From contig NW_024704743.1 of assembly GCF_018977255.1 (NCBI RefSeq), positions 69,070,001 to 69,134,000 on the forward strand: DNA of 64,000 nt, read 5' to 3'. The notes below the pieces were generated by a model. The model saw only the letters and a program-made list of their open reading frames with translations, made no database searches and was not told where the DNA came from. The translations under genes and the position numbers were made by a program. Positions within the stretch are counted from its first letter, which is position 1, and every line of letters starts with the position of its first letter. This DNA comes from Callorhinchus milii (taxonomy: Eukaryota). Below, piece by piece: positions 11,661 through 25,573 of this stretch.

Positions 11661-14600
11661 TTCCTATTCTCTTCACCTTTAACCCTCTATTCCCTCTATA
11701 TAGATCGCAAAAGATCACAAGAAATACAGATGACAAAGGCCCTTATTCTTGATCTCTTTGGTTCATAATACTTGTAATTTGTAGTAGTTATTTTTTATTT
11801 TACATTCTTCAGAAATAACAAAGAGTCCAACAAAATAGTGTATAAGAATGACCAAGTATAGTCATGATTCCAGTATCAACAGTTAATAAGAAAAGCAACA
11901 TCAAAATCTTGTGCTCTTCACGCGGGATAGCTTGATGGATTAGTTGAACTATGGTGTTGCTTGATGCCGAGTCAGGGAGAAAAGGGAGGTGCTGTCGAAG
12001 AAGAAAATCTTCAGGTGCAATATGAAGTTGGGTAAAGAGAGATCAAGGTGGAGGGAATGAGGTAGGGAGTTCCAGAGGTTCAGGGTTGAAAGCTCAGCTG
12101 CCGATGGTGGAGCTGAGGAGTTGACTGATGTACAACAGGCCAAAGCCAGCTGAGCGAAGAGGGTGCGTAGAGGAGCGTGATCTGAGCAGGTTGGAGAGAT
12201 AGGGAGGTGCTAGGGCACAAAGTAATTTGTAGGTCAGTATGAGGATCTTGAAATTGAACAACTTCCAAAGTTCAGAAAGCTCAGGAATTCAGATGAATCC
12301 ATTTTATGTCACTATGTCACTGAGATGCCATAACTGAGAAATATGAGGTTTAGTTCCACTGGAATGACCCCACAGAAGCGTGACAGAATAATCCTTTCAT
12401 TTAAATGGTAATTTAGATTTTAAAGCTTCAATTATGAGTTTTCCTGAATGTTACTGGCAATTAATGAATCACACTCCACTGACAAAACATCCCTGCTGTG
12501 TTTTCACAAATGTGATAGACCCAAATGCTGGCCTTTCTACAGAGTGGAAGACCGACTGTAATGCATTATCCTGAATGCAAGAAACTGCAGAGCTTCTGTG
12601 ATACATTTCAAGTGGTACAGTTACTTTGTGTTGATCATATATGAAAATTACACTGAGTTTTTACAAAACTGAATTTAATTTAAGCTTGAATTGAACTGTA
12701 TTTAAATAATTGATGTCAGATCAAACCAAATCAACAATAGTATTGTGCAATTACCTCAAGCAGTTAGATTGTAAACAATTTGGTGTGAACCAAACTGATT
12801 AAACCTTCAATTTAAAGCTCAAAATATTTCTGAATGGATGACTGGATCTCATTTTGTTATATTTCTGAAATTGTTACCAGCATTCCGAAGCTGCTTACTG
12901 GAGAACTGAGCATGTGTGTTACAGCTCCACTTTACTTAATGTTGTGACACATAGGTTTTGACTCTCACTGCCTTAGGGATAGACTCGTTTGAAACCAGTG
13001 CTTGCCACAGAGCTAAAGCAAATTCACTGTGGACAGAGCTATGCAGTGCACTGGGTGATGTGTCCTCAGAAGCATTACTGCAGACTGCAGCTCTTTCTGG
13101 AGCTGGTGCAATCTGTCTTCTCAACTGAATCACTTCCAAAGCATTGCTATTTAGTTTCTTGTACCATATTGTTTATATTTATCTTATTATTTTGTTTTAC
13201 AATTCATTTTCAGAGTCAGATTGCTGAAGCACTGAAATCCTTCTTCTCCTTTCCAGCTTTTGGTAGCTTTTGGTCACTTAGAACCACAAACGTATATTTA
13301 TTAATGTTCAATTCCATCCACTTTTCCTAAGCACGTCCATTTCATTTGTTCAGATTCCTTTGAATACTATCAGCCTCATGACATCTGTCACACAGCTTGG
13401 TGCTTGCATGCAAATGTTATATTACCAGAAGTAGCTTCCCTTATATATTTGATGAATAATGTAAATAACAAGAGCCCAGAATAGCCCCCTGTAGGACTCC
13501 AATCATCATTATCTTTTTAAGATCATTTGAATGAAAGAGTTAAACAGTGAACGATTTAATGCCTCTATAATTTAAAACCTTTGATGTTGGGCTGTTGATC
13601 TCTCAGAGCATTAAGCATGGAGGTAAAAACCGTGACATTTCATAGGATATTTGTGTGGAATCCATTATGAAACGTTGACTATTCCCATCCATTCCTGAAG
13701 GCTGGCTGAGGAACTAAACATATTGACTTGGCATGATTTGCGATTTGAAAACATCCGTGAAAGCTGAAGAAAGTTTCCCTTTAAATTCTGGAGGTAGCAT
13801 TTGAGGATACCAAGGATATCAAGTTAAGAGACTTTATCTGCACTCAAATGTCAATCTGTATCAGTGTAGAAAAATCCTCAAGTGCACTATTTGAAAAGAG
13901 AGGGAAATTTCTTGCAGATTCCTGGACAACAAACCCCCTGAGAAAATAGTCATTTGCTTCATGGCTGTGGGGCATTGCTGTGCATAATTTGGCTGTTGTT
14001 TTAGCCTATAAACCATCGTCACTACACTTCACAGTAAATCCCATGAAGCATTTTGAGACCATCTCCTAAAGTGAAATGCTTTATATTAAATTCAAGGATT
14101 ATTGTTATCATCATTATTACTATTATTGTAATTATAGCTCTGGGATGCTACCCCGCGTGAAGAACGATATTTAAATGCAATTTGTTATTGCTCAACCATC
14201 TCCTCTCTACATTTCTTTGACGTCATAGTCTCAAGATTAAGGGTCAGCCTTTTCGAACTGAGTTGAGGAAGCATTTCTTCATTGAAGAGAGTAGTGAATT
14301 TGTGGAATTCTCTACCCCAGAAGAGTCCTTGAACATATTCAAGACTGAGGTTGATAGATTTCTAAAGGATAGAGGGATTAAGGGATATGGGGATAGGGCG
14401 GGAAAATGGAATTAGGTTAGAAGATCAGCCATGATCTTATTAAATGTCGGGGCAGGCTCAAGTGGCTGAATGGCCTACTCCTGCTCCTACGTCTTATGGT
14501 CTCTGAGGTGTATCCTGTATGCTCTATATGTAATGCATTGCATCTCTTGTAACACATCCTGTCCTCAACATATATTATAGATTCCTTAGTCAGTTTGCCT

Positions 14601-15476
14601 AAATTGATCATTTGTCCAGAGCATTGATCTGTAAGGAGTTAATTTAACACTGCTTTTTATTGATTTCCCCATTACATCCTTAGCGTTTAAAAGATCAATC
14701 TCAGCCTTTGCAAAAGAATCTCAGGTTCTTTTGCAATAACGCTATAAAAATGCAATCATACATAACCAACAAGATTAACTGCAACGGACGTTTTGAATCT
14801 GTACATTATGTAAGCAATCGCAGAATTCTGGGGTGTCTTAAGTTGAACAAAGTAAAAGAATTCGCAAAGACTCAGGGAGTTGTTTAGTTCATTAAAGGTT
14901 GACTGTATGACGCGAATGCATTGCTGCAAGTAACAAAAGTTTTTTTCACCATGGAAGATAAATGTTGTCCTTGGTTTGCAGCTGGTGTTTTTAACAGCAC
15001 ATTGAATAGACTGGCATACATGATCAAAAAGGTAAAAAGAACCAGAGATTTTTGAGTTGAATCAGAAGAGCTGAGTTTTGGGAATAGAGCAGTTAACTTC
15101 AACCATCTTGAGGAAAGAGGGATATACTATAATCAAAAATGGATCGATGCACATTAACAAGTTGATTCCTCCATCAAAGTTACTGTATCAATCTGATCAA
15201 ATCATAGCAGTGAACTATACCAATCTGTCATAAGCATTAATTTAATTTGATGAAATGTATAACTTTGATATGTATAGCATTGCTAATCTTTATTAAAAAT
15301 GTACTAATTGAATCAAATTGAAGGTTTGTGTCAGTACATACTTCACCACAGGATCATAAATTTAAATAACCCTACAATCCCTATATTCTTCGAAAAGCTG
15401 TTGCAATATAAGTTTCTGCTGTAATCTGTAAATAAAACATGCAACATTTCCATACCGGTGAGCAATCATCAGTAAA

Positions 15477-15795
15477 AATAATAATAATAATAATCCTTGC
15501 ATTCGATATAGCGCTTTTCACGTCTTCTAGACTTCTCAAAGCGCTTCACAGAATAGACTGTAAAGTGAATTGACTGTATATTTGTGGGCGAACGCGGCAG
15601 CCAATTGTGCACAGCAGTGTCCCACAAACAGTCGTATATTGAAAATGACCAATTTATTATTGTTTTTGGTTTTGGAGGGATTATTATTAGGCGTGTGGAG
15701 TAACGAAACTTGTCCAAGGTTTCGCCCTGCCTGGAATTGAACTCAGGTCTCTTGCTTGCAAAGCGAATGCTCTAACCACTGAGCTACAGGACTCC
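15477..15795 (-). mobile_element. tRNA(Ala)-derived SINE, short form, full length
   Basis: Same head, body and (TTA)n tail as 25251-25573. Confidence 0.93.
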
Positions 15796-16119
15796 ACTCT
15801 GAGCACTCTGAGACATTATTCTACAATCATGATGGATCCTATATAATGCAAGTTGTTGAAAACAATGCAGAGTTTTTATTTCCACTCTCTCACACTACAG
15901 TAGCTACTAAAGAATAGGCTCAAATTGAGAACATGAAATTGCTTTATGCAAAATTATATCATGGATTTTGGGTGTTAAAGAGCCCAATGAATCCTTAGGG
16001 CTAGTCTAATTGGTAGAAGTGTTCCTTATATGGAAGGATTATATCCTTTATAAAGATCTAGGTGAAGAAGGATATTGATTGATGTGTGACAGATTACCCA
16101 GGAGAGGAAATTACCCACG

Positions 16120-18012
16120 TCTTAACCAACCTCCATCTCCTACCGCCTCTGGACAGAATCTCCCCGCATTCCATCTCTGCTGAGCTAGTCGTCTGAACTC
16201 CTCCCTCTCTGCCCTACCTCCCGCACCAACTTATCCTCCTCGCTCACTCTCCTTCACCACTACCTTTCCACCATTCTCGATGCCCTTGCCCCCCCATGCC
16301 CTCATCTCCCGAACCACATCCTATTCACGAACCTCACCCTGGTATACCAGCCACCTCTGCTCATTCAAGGGTCAGGTGCATACCACTGAACGCACCTGGC
16401 TCAAATCTGATTTAACGTTTCACTGGCAGATCTGGCTGGACCACATAAAAACTGACCAGTCTGCCCTCGCCTCACTAAATTGGCCTTTTATTCCAAGGTA
16501 ATCTTCGAGGTCAAGGACAACCCCTCTTATCCACTACCAACCAGCTCCTCCGTCCATCCTTTCATGCCTCGCCCATCCTCTCCTACAACTCCATCTGTGA
16601 GGAGATGCTGGATTTCCTCAAGACCAAAATCAACCTCTCCCTGTCAACTGGCACCGTTCCCACCCCCCTAAAAACAGCTGTCATCAGCCTTATCCTAAAA
16701 AAATCCCAGCTTCACTCCTTCCTCTCCTGCCATTCCCTTTACGAACCCCTCCAATCGGGTTTCGAAACAGCCCAGGGCCAAGGTGACAAATAACATTCTG
16801 TCTATCTATGACTAGGGCTCCCTCTGTCTCCTCATCCTCCTCAACCTCTCTGCTGCCTTTGACACAGTCACTATCATCCTCCACCCTCTCTCCTCTCACT
16901 TTAAGCTTCAAGGTTCAGTCCTTGAATGGTTCAGATCCTATCTCTCACATCGGCTCCACTTTGTCTCCACAAATGGCTTTTCCTCCAGCCCCCGGTCCAT
17001 CTTGTGTGGTGTTCCTCAGGGCTCTGTCCTCGGTCCTTTCCTCTTCAACTGTACATGGGGTCAACTTCCACATGTATGTGGATGACACCCAACTCTATCT
17101 CTCTGCCTTGACCTTCAACCTGAGGACCACTGATGTCCTGACGGACTGCCTATCAGACATCAAGTCCTGGATGAGAGCCAACTTTCTACAGTTGAACGTC
17201 AGCAATACCGAGGCTCTACTGATTGGCTCGCGCCAACGCCTCTGCCCCTCAGGCACTGGCAGCAACAGCATCCACAGATGCACATTCCACCTCACCGAAC
17301 CAGACAGGAACCACAACTGTCCTTTCTCTCCCACATCCATGCTCTGCTTTCCCCCACCTCCGCAACATTGCCCAACTCTGCCACTACCTCACCCCTCAGG
17401 CCACCAAAACCCTCATACATGCCTTCATTACATCCAGGCTTGACGATGCCAACTCCCTGCTTGTCGGCCTTCCCAACATTTCCCTCCACAAGCTGTAGAT
17501 CATCCAGAACTCTGCAGCTCGTGTCCTCTCCCACACCAGGCTCCATGACCCTATCATGTCCACCCTTACCTGGCTCCACTGGCTCCCCATCCCTCAGAGG
17601 ATTGAGTTCAAAATTCTCGTCCTCATTTTCAAGGCCCTCCATGGTCTTGCCCCCTCCTACCTCTCCGACCTGTTGACCCCTTATCAACCTATCCTTTCTC
17701 TCCGCTCAGCAGGCTATGGCCTGCTCCATGTCCCTTGCTCGGCCTGCCCCACCATCAACGGTTGGATCTTCAGCCTCTCTGCCCCCACCCTCTGGAATTC
17801 CGTCCTACATTCCCTTCGCCTTGCTCCCCCCTTGCCTCCTTCAAGGCATGCCTCAAGACTCTCCTCTTCGACCGTGCCTTCGGCCAAGCTCCTACCCCCA
17901 CCCTCCCCACCCTCCCTAATCCCAAGCTACTTCGGTCCTAATCCCCGACTATTCAGCACCTTGAGACGTCCTCCCGACGTGAAAGGCGCTTTACAAATGT
18001 AATTTTGTATTG
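16120..18012 (+). mobile_element. L2-clade LINE, 5'-truncated, internally deleted
   Basis: Pyrimidine-rich ORF2 fragments [38 protein letters not shown] and LHWLPIPQRIEFKIL. 3' tail gagacgtcctcccgacgtgaaaggcgctttacaaatgtaattttgtattg. Confidence 0.93.
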
Positions 18013-19095
18013 TGTTACATAGCTGTATGCCCACAAAGCCCAGGTTCTTGGATGAAAGTACTTGAAAATGAAACAACATTTCCCAACATGAAGTTGAAGG
18101 CCTTTTGCACCAGCTGGGTTTCCAACACGTACATTATAAGCTTTACTCTATGAAATTGTTCAAAAAGAGAAGTGGAGCTTTGCCCAGTATTGGGGCTGAC
18201 TAAATTGACTATTAACCTCATGGCGTTTGTGGGAACCTGCTGTGTGCAAAATGACTACTGCATTTACCTAAATAAACAGTAACAGCACTTGATTGGAATT
18301 GCTGTGCAGTGATTTGAAATGCTTCAGTGTAAGAAAGCTCTTAAAAAAATTCAGCTTCTTTTTTTCAGTTGACCCCAGTGAACCAGAATATTGTACAAAA
18401 AATGAGAGTTGATGCTAACTCCCAAACAAGAATGATAAAAAAATTCTGGATGACAAAATAATATTTTGTGTATAATAATAACAATTTCATATTCATATTT
18501 CTGTTTTCCAGGTTAAATTAAAAAGTAAAATATAATTTATACAATGTCAGTAGAATGGAGGTATCTGTCATTTTTGTTTGAGACATCATCCTGAAATGAA
18601 AGGTGTTGTATAAAGGTGAATTGTATTGTATAAAAATATCACACAAAGTGTTCCCAATAGACATAAGGACTTGCAAATTAATCCAAATAAATTTGGTCAT
18701 TCACTCCATGGCTGTTTGCAAGACATTGCTGCACACAAATTGGCTACCTCGTCGTCCCACAAAACACACAATACTGCACTTTACAGTAAATCCTGTGACT
18801 TGCTTTGGGATATCTTCCTGATGTGAAAAGTGCTACACCAAATGTAAGGTTTATTATTATTACTATTATTATTATTTGATTCATTGGGCACCCTCATCTA
18901 ATCATGATATGACTAACTACACAGCGGTAAAGACACTATCTGCCTGATGCTTTTCTGGAGCTAAGAGACTGTAGTGGGAAACAAAACAAATGCCATTTCC
19001 AGTTAGAGAAAAATTGCCAACAAAGCTTGAATATTACGGTGCCCAACTATCTATTTGTACCTTTATATATTAGCACAATATAGTAAGGAACTCAC

Positions 19096-19190
19096 AGGAG
19101 CAGCAGGGTTTCTTACACTGACGCTTGGGGTAGTTGCTCGAAGTGCTCCACTCGCTCCATGGTAATACTTAAAGCAGATTTTTGTTTCAG
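19096..19190 (-). CDS. HECW1: HECW1 internal coding exon (95 bp)
   Basis: tttctttcag|CT GAA ACA AAA ATC TGC TTT AAG TAT TAC CAT GGA GCG AGT GGA GCA CTT CGA GCA ACT ACC CCA AGC GTC AGT GTA AGA AAC CCT GCT GCT CCT|gtgagt = (S)[31 protein letters not shown]. In frame with the 36555-36662 exon (T+CT = Ser). Not in the ORF track. Confidence 0.96.
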
Positions 19191-21681
19191 CTGAAAGAAA
19201 GATTAAGATCATATTAAAGCTTTAAAAAAAACACACTGTGTTAGATATTCTGACTCATTCTTGTCCATTTTACTATTGTGGCTTGACTGAAGAAAACCTG
19301 TGCATCAGATGCATTTGGTAAATAGTATTAACAGAGCAATTCAGACGTATTGTGAAGAAGGCACTCACCACACACAAAGGAGACACCAGTATTTAAGTGA
19401 GCTTTTCTGGTTAAATGAAAAATCTTCATAACAGTTTTTTATAAACAATGACATTTTAAATAAAGTCTGTCCTATTTATATTAAAAAAACATAGAAATTA
19501 GAATTGTACTGGAATCCTTCACCTTTATATTATCCCAATGAGTCCACGTCAAGCAAAAAGGACTATTTGGCATAATACTTAAATTATACTTACCTAAAAT
19601 TGGTTGCTATCATTTGCTCTATTTAATGAATGAAAATGTGTTTGGAAAAAGGACACTGCTGGACAGATAGATACGATATTGAAAAACAATCCCATAAGTA
19701 TTGAATTCTCAGAAAAAGATACATTGAAATGAAACAGGGCAGACTTGCTATATTGTCTGAAGTGAACCAATTAAATGCTTTTTTTCCATCATAACAATTC
19801 ACTTTTTCCTCACCCCACTCAATATTAAGGGTCATGCTAAGCTTTTTATTGGAGTCGTTCTTACTTAAGCCTTGTTGTTTAATGCCCTCTCTCCTGTGGA
19901 TAAATTCCATTCCACTAATGCATCTTCAACTCCAATCAAGATCCAGATCCAGGTCCATCAGGGATATATAGAGATGCAGTAAATGCTTTGATTCAAGCAG
20001 ATTCATACACATTTAAAATGATCTTCTGGTGTATCTTTGTCATTTTTTGCAGGAATTGTTTTTAATTAGAATCTACTAAGACAATACATTATCCCAATCA
20101 CACAGATAATATATTTTTAAAATAGTTAAGCATTCAAGGCCATTTTGAGAATTATGAATGATTTTTCAATAAGACAATGCCACAATTTCAGACATATCAA
20201 CCTCAAATGTACTAGTACTGAAACCTATTAATCCTTTCTGCTTTTCTCAATACAATTGCAGGAATCACCTGACAGTTAAAATTATTTCTGGACTCTGCTT
20301 TATTTAGCCCAAACTTTAGCAGCAAATGTATTTTGCCAAAATAATATAATTTCATTTAGAATACATGTGCCAGTAAGATTAGATCAAATGCTCTTAATAT
20401 TTCCCCAAAAGTATTTGTCTTTGTTCTGCAACAGTGCTCCAAATCTCCTGATGCTCTAACATCAGTGTAATGCTTTGTTCAGTCTGAAGCATTGCTACCC
20501 AAATCAGATGTCGTGTTCACCTACAAACACACAGTCATTTTATTTCACAGGAAATCCTGTTAAGTACTTTGGGACATCATCCCGACATGAAAGGCAGAAA
20601 AGAAAATATATTTTGATCAAAATGCCAACTACACTTCTTTTAAATGGTGATATTACTCTACCCATTTAAAAGTAAGTTATATTCCACTATAAAGGGCACA
20701 CCAGTTCCAGCACTCAGCATTTGTCAGGCTTGTTTAAACTTCCAGTAACAGTCCTAATGAATAAAAATTGCAGCTGCCTTACATCAAAGCTGAGCAAGAA
20801 GGAAAGTCCCTTTAGTTTTGTACAACCTGGGATTGAAATGAATTGCCTCCTGCAATAAAGACCCATTCAAGTAATAGGCACTATAGATTGATAACAGAGA
20901 TTATTTTTTTTGAAAGGATTGCAAAATTAGAATAAAATGGCTTTAATTTTTCTTAGTATTAGAACTGTTGCCTGTAAGTGATCATTAATGGCTCAGTCAA
21001 ATTTTTCCTTTTTTTGCACTCACACATACTTATACCCTATCAGTCAGCATCACATTATACTCAGTCTAAATAATACAACACAATATAATTCAGATTTATA
21101 TACAATGAACGCCTGATAATTTGACCCTGGTTTAATGTGTCACTACTACTTAAGTCATCATGCTGTCAATATCCTATTCCCCACTCCGGATAACTCTTCA
21201 CTGGGCTCTTTTTCCTCAGAGTGATGAGTTATCAGGATTTCCTTGTAGTGACTTTCACTTTAGGAGGATGTTTCAAAGTGCTTGACAAGGTTGGATGGGC
21301 ACCCGAGCTGGAAGTGGAAGCCAAGGGGTTGGGAAAGGGGAAGATGACTGAAAGCGCTGTCAAAGAGTTACGTTTTGAGATGTGCCATGAATGAGGGGAG
21401 GGATGGAGCAAGCCGGACCCCAGAATGCGGGAACTGAATGGCTGAAAGCCTTCCTGATGATAGTGGGGCAGATAGGACAGGGGCATAAAGCAGGCCGGTG
21501 TTCACTGAGTGAAGAGAGCGTTTGGGTTGGTGAGGGTGAATTCAGTTAATAAGACAAACTAAATGTAAAACTCTCTTTGCTTCCAGTAAGTAGAAGTGCC
21601 TATTAAAATATAGGAAATGCCAGAGCTTAATGGTTTAAATAAGATTTAATGTGCATTTAAATGATTCTAGTCATCCTTTAT

Positions 21682-22036
21682 AATAATATAAATAATCCTT
21701 GCATTTGATGTAGCGCTTTATCACGTCTTCAAGACATCTCAAAGCGCTTCACAGTATACACTGTAAAGTGTAGTGACTATGCTTTATGGGCGAAACGCGA
21801 CACCAATTATGCACAGCAATGTCCCACAAACCATGGATTGAGTGACCCAATTATTATTTGTTTTTAAGGGATTATTACCCCGGAAAAGCGATCCGACAAT
21901 CGACTAATAACTGGGTCCCTATTTACTGCTAGATAACCAGAGGCGTATGGAGTAAGGATACTTTGCTTGCTGGGAATCAAACCCAGGTCCTCTCACGTGC
22001 GAGGTGAGTGCTCTAATCACTAAGCTATTGGGCTCC
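21682..22036 (-). mobile_element. tRNA-derived SINE, long form
   Basis: Same head and tail plus an extra central segment (sense gcctctggttatctagcagtaaatagggacccagttattagtcgattgtcggatcgcttttccgggg). Confidence 0.9.
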
Positions 22037-23538
22037 ACAAGGACTTTAAGCACTTCACAGGGTCGGACGCAAAGTTTAGTAATGCAAAGTGTGTTAGGTG
22101 GCCTCCGTATCAGTCCTATCTCTGTAAGTGCAAGTTCCCTTTTCTTGTGAAACTCACTAATGAGATCTATACAACGACAGGTCTTCCCAAGTGGCTTACT
22201 GCCCATGCAATTGAGATGCTTTCATCAGCGTCTTATCACACTACCAGATCACTGAATCAAGCTGCAACCTGTTTTGTGTATTACCTCCCTCCTTTAAGAA
22301 TCTACAGAGACTCGAGAGACACTTTTAAGAAAACACAATGCTATTTTATTAGCCCTAAACAAACCTATGTCTATTTACGCTAACCGCAAGTATGATAAAC
22401 TGGCGCATCATTAATGAGATAGAAAACCCTAACACGATCACTATGAAACTAGCAGCACTTATCTATAATTAGTATAAAGAAAAAACAATCTTGACCTGGA
22501 GGAATCCCTCACAAGACACACAAGGCTAGCAACCATGAATCTCTCCAGCCTCCACCTTTTATACAAAACTACCCTCTCCCCTTTCTAATGTAGCCTCTCC
22601 ATACTTTTTCCCACGCTAAAAACCCATGTGGGCTTTTTCCCACGAAATGTTGCAACCACTCACCCAGGTCACATACTTTGTATCACCAAGGCTGCCCCTG
22701 CTATTTTAAATAAAAATGGTTTGCAATGTTTAAATCACAAACCCACTTAACGACACAGGCATCTTTAAACACACGAACTATGAATAGATTATCTACGGTA
22801 CATAGAAATAAATAGAGACAAAGTGTTGTACAAAAACGGGGTAACCGTGACAAGGGAAAAAATGACCGGGGGAGATGGGAAAGGGGAAGTGACTATAAGT
22901 GCGGTCAAAGAAGTGTTTTTTAGATAGGATTTAAAGCGAGATAGAGAGTCAGGGCTCAGGGGTAGCAGGAAGTGTATTTTGCAATTGAAAGTAAAAGCTA
23001 ATTTGTGCACGGCAATGTCCCACAAACGCCCATAATTAATTTTATGTGGAAGATTATTGGCCAAGACACTGGGAAAAATACCCGTCTCTTTTTGAATATT
23101 GTCATGGGATCTTTAATCTTAACCTGAACAGGCAGATATGGCCTCAGTTTAACTCATGCAAAGTACAGCTGATTTGTCTCTACGTTTGTCAGCAAATATT
23201 TGGGAAGCATTTTGAGATATTTGGATAGATTTTAGGTTCTGTATCAAATGCAATCCTTATTTATAATTTATGTTCCTGGGCGCCCATGGCAACTTTTCTG
23301 GCAAATTATGGATAAGTAAACCCTGTGGGGGCCAGAGTGTGGGTTGTGGTACTGCTGGAGTTCAGCTAAATAGAACTGGATAGCTGGCCATTGAGAGCAC
23401 TACATGGAAAGCTTCCCATTGCTTGTCCAGCTGGAACCATGCTACCTTTGGCTTAAGGGTTAAATGTTACAAGGAACTGAATGGGCAAAGTCCCTGCTCC
23501 CAGTCCTACCGATGAGCCAGGCTGGCTGATCTGTTTAT

Positions 23539-24105
23539 CAACAACAACAACAAATTACATTTGTATAGCGCCTTCCACGTCAGGAGGACCTCCCAAGGCG
23601 CTGGACAGTCAGTGATCCGCACCCGAGCTGCTGGTTGGGATCAGGAGGGGTGGAGGGCGGGGAGGGTAGGGGAAGGAGTGTGACTGAAGGCACGGTTGAA
23701 GAGGAGGGTCTTGAGAAGGGTCTTGAAGGAGGCAAGGGAGGCAGCGAAGTAGAGGTACTGTGGGATGGAGTTCCAGAGGGGGGAATGAGAGACTGAAGAG
23801 CTGCCCGCCAATGGTAGGCAGAGCAAGGCGGGGGATGTGAAGCAGGCCAGAGCCCGCTGTGCCGAGGGAGCGGGCAGGTTGGTAGGGGGTTAGGATGTCA
23901 CAGAGGAACAAGGCTGTGGAGGGCTTTGAAGGCGAGGACCAGGATCTTGAACTGTAATCTCTGAGTGATGAGGAGCCAGTGGAGTCGGGTGAGGGTGGGG
24001 CGATGGGGTCGTAGAGCCTGTTGCGGGAGAGGACACAGGCTAAGAGTTCTGGATGATCTGCAGCCTGTGGAAGGAGGAGTTGGGGAGGTCGACAAAGAGG
24101 GAGTA
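23539..24105 (-). mobile_element. L2 3' fragment
   Basis: (CAA)n tail followed by gcgccttccacgtcaggaggacctcccaaggcgc; LHWLLITQRLQFKILVL in ORF 23898..24182. Confidence 0.9.
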
Positions 24106-25250
24106 TCCTGGAGTACCACAGGCTCTACTGGCACAGGAGACTGAAGCTGCCATAGAGGGTTGACTTGATTCTGATATTCCATTTACGTGTAAGAAACTCA
24201 CTTGCATTTGTAAGGCAGTGAGATTTGAAGATGACATCAAGTTATAGGGGGTTGTGGAATCAGAGGCAAGTAAGATCTTACAATAAAAGCTTGATGAGGT
24301 ATGCACCTGAAGTGATCACTGGAAAATGCAGTCTGCCTGGCGCAATTGGTAATACGCTAGCCTGAGTCATAAAGTTGTGGGTTCAAGCCCCACACTGGGC
24401 CTTTGAAGTCACGTAGGCTAGGCTTGCACTCCAAATACAGTGCTGGAGGTGCTGTCCTTCAGCTGAAACATTAAATTAAGCACCAGTCTGCCTGTTCAGA
24501 TAGATATAAAAACATGGCACTATTTGCAAAGAGAAGGGAGTTTCTCCTGGTGTCCTAGGCAACAATCCAAATAAAATTGGGCTTTCACTTGGCTGTTTGT
24601 GGGACATTGCTGTGTGCAAATAAGCAACCACATTCACCTACAGATACACAGTCACTATACTTTACAGTAAAATAATGGAAAATATAATTTTGAAATGGAG
24701 ATATTAAATAAAATTATAAATTATGAAGCGCTAGATACAAGTCATGTACACACTTTATACTGTAGTACAATATGATAGTACATTGTGAGCAACAGAGATT
24801 CCTATTTTTATTAAGCACTGTAGCAAGGTAAATTGGCATTGTACTTTATCTTATCCTGGTTGTCTGAAAGTGTCAGTGTATCAAGAATTCACTTTAAGAT
24901 GCCTGAATATTTTAAGATATCTTTAAAATACCCAAATAATAAGCTGTGTATATAAAGATATTCATGACTGAATTAAATATCTCAAAGGTAGCAAAAAGGA
25001 CTGAAAATATCAAATTATCCCAAATAATTGTTCAACTTAAACAGAGAAAATGAAAATGTTCATGTGCTCTCCACTGAATGTTAACTGAAAACAACTTGAC
25101 ATCAAAATGATTTGTGAATCACATTTGGTATATATGAAGAGGTCTTCTTAACTTTCCTTGAAACAGTTTCAAATATTGGGGGTGTAAATTGACATATTTC
25201 TTATTAAGAAACATGCCATTATCAACGGGCATCTTGTTGAAGAATGCATT

Positions 25251-25573
25251 GGAGTCCTGTAGCTCAGTGGTTAGAGCACTCGCTTTGCAAGCGAGAGACC
25301 TGAGTTCAATTCCAGGCAGGTCAGGGCGAAACCTTGGGCAAGTTTCCTTACTCCACACAGAGCCTAATAATAATCCCTCCAAAACCAAAACCAATAATAA
25401 ATTGGTCATTTTCAATCCACGACTGTTTGTGGGACATTGCTGTGTGCAATTGGCTGCCACGTTCGCCCACAAATATACAGTCAATTCACTTTACAGTGTG
25501 TTCTGTGCAGCACTTTGGGACGTCCTCCCGACGTGAAAAGCGCTATATCAAATGCAAGGATTATTATTATTAT
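25251..25573 (+). mobile_element. tRNA(Ala)-derived SINE, short form, full length
   Basis: Head ggagtcctgtagctcagtggttagagcactcgctttgcaagcgagagacctgagttcaattcc has Pol III A and B boxes and a TGC anticodon stem-loop. L2-like 3' end and (TTA)n tail. Confidence 0.93.

Noticed and set aside
15469..15717. Recurrent ORFs ending [12 protein letters not shown] that look like a small gene family
   Set aside because: They are translations of the SINE 3' end and (TTA)n tail.
17952..17972. REST/RE1-like TTCAGCACC
   Set aside because: Left half-site only, with no correctly spaced GGACAG, and it lies within an L2 tail.
25251..25325. Apparent tRNA-Ala(TGC) gene, and similar heads elsewhere
   Set aside because: It runs directly into a SINE body and tail, occurs in many diverged copies and has no proper acceptor stem or terminator; it is a SINE head.
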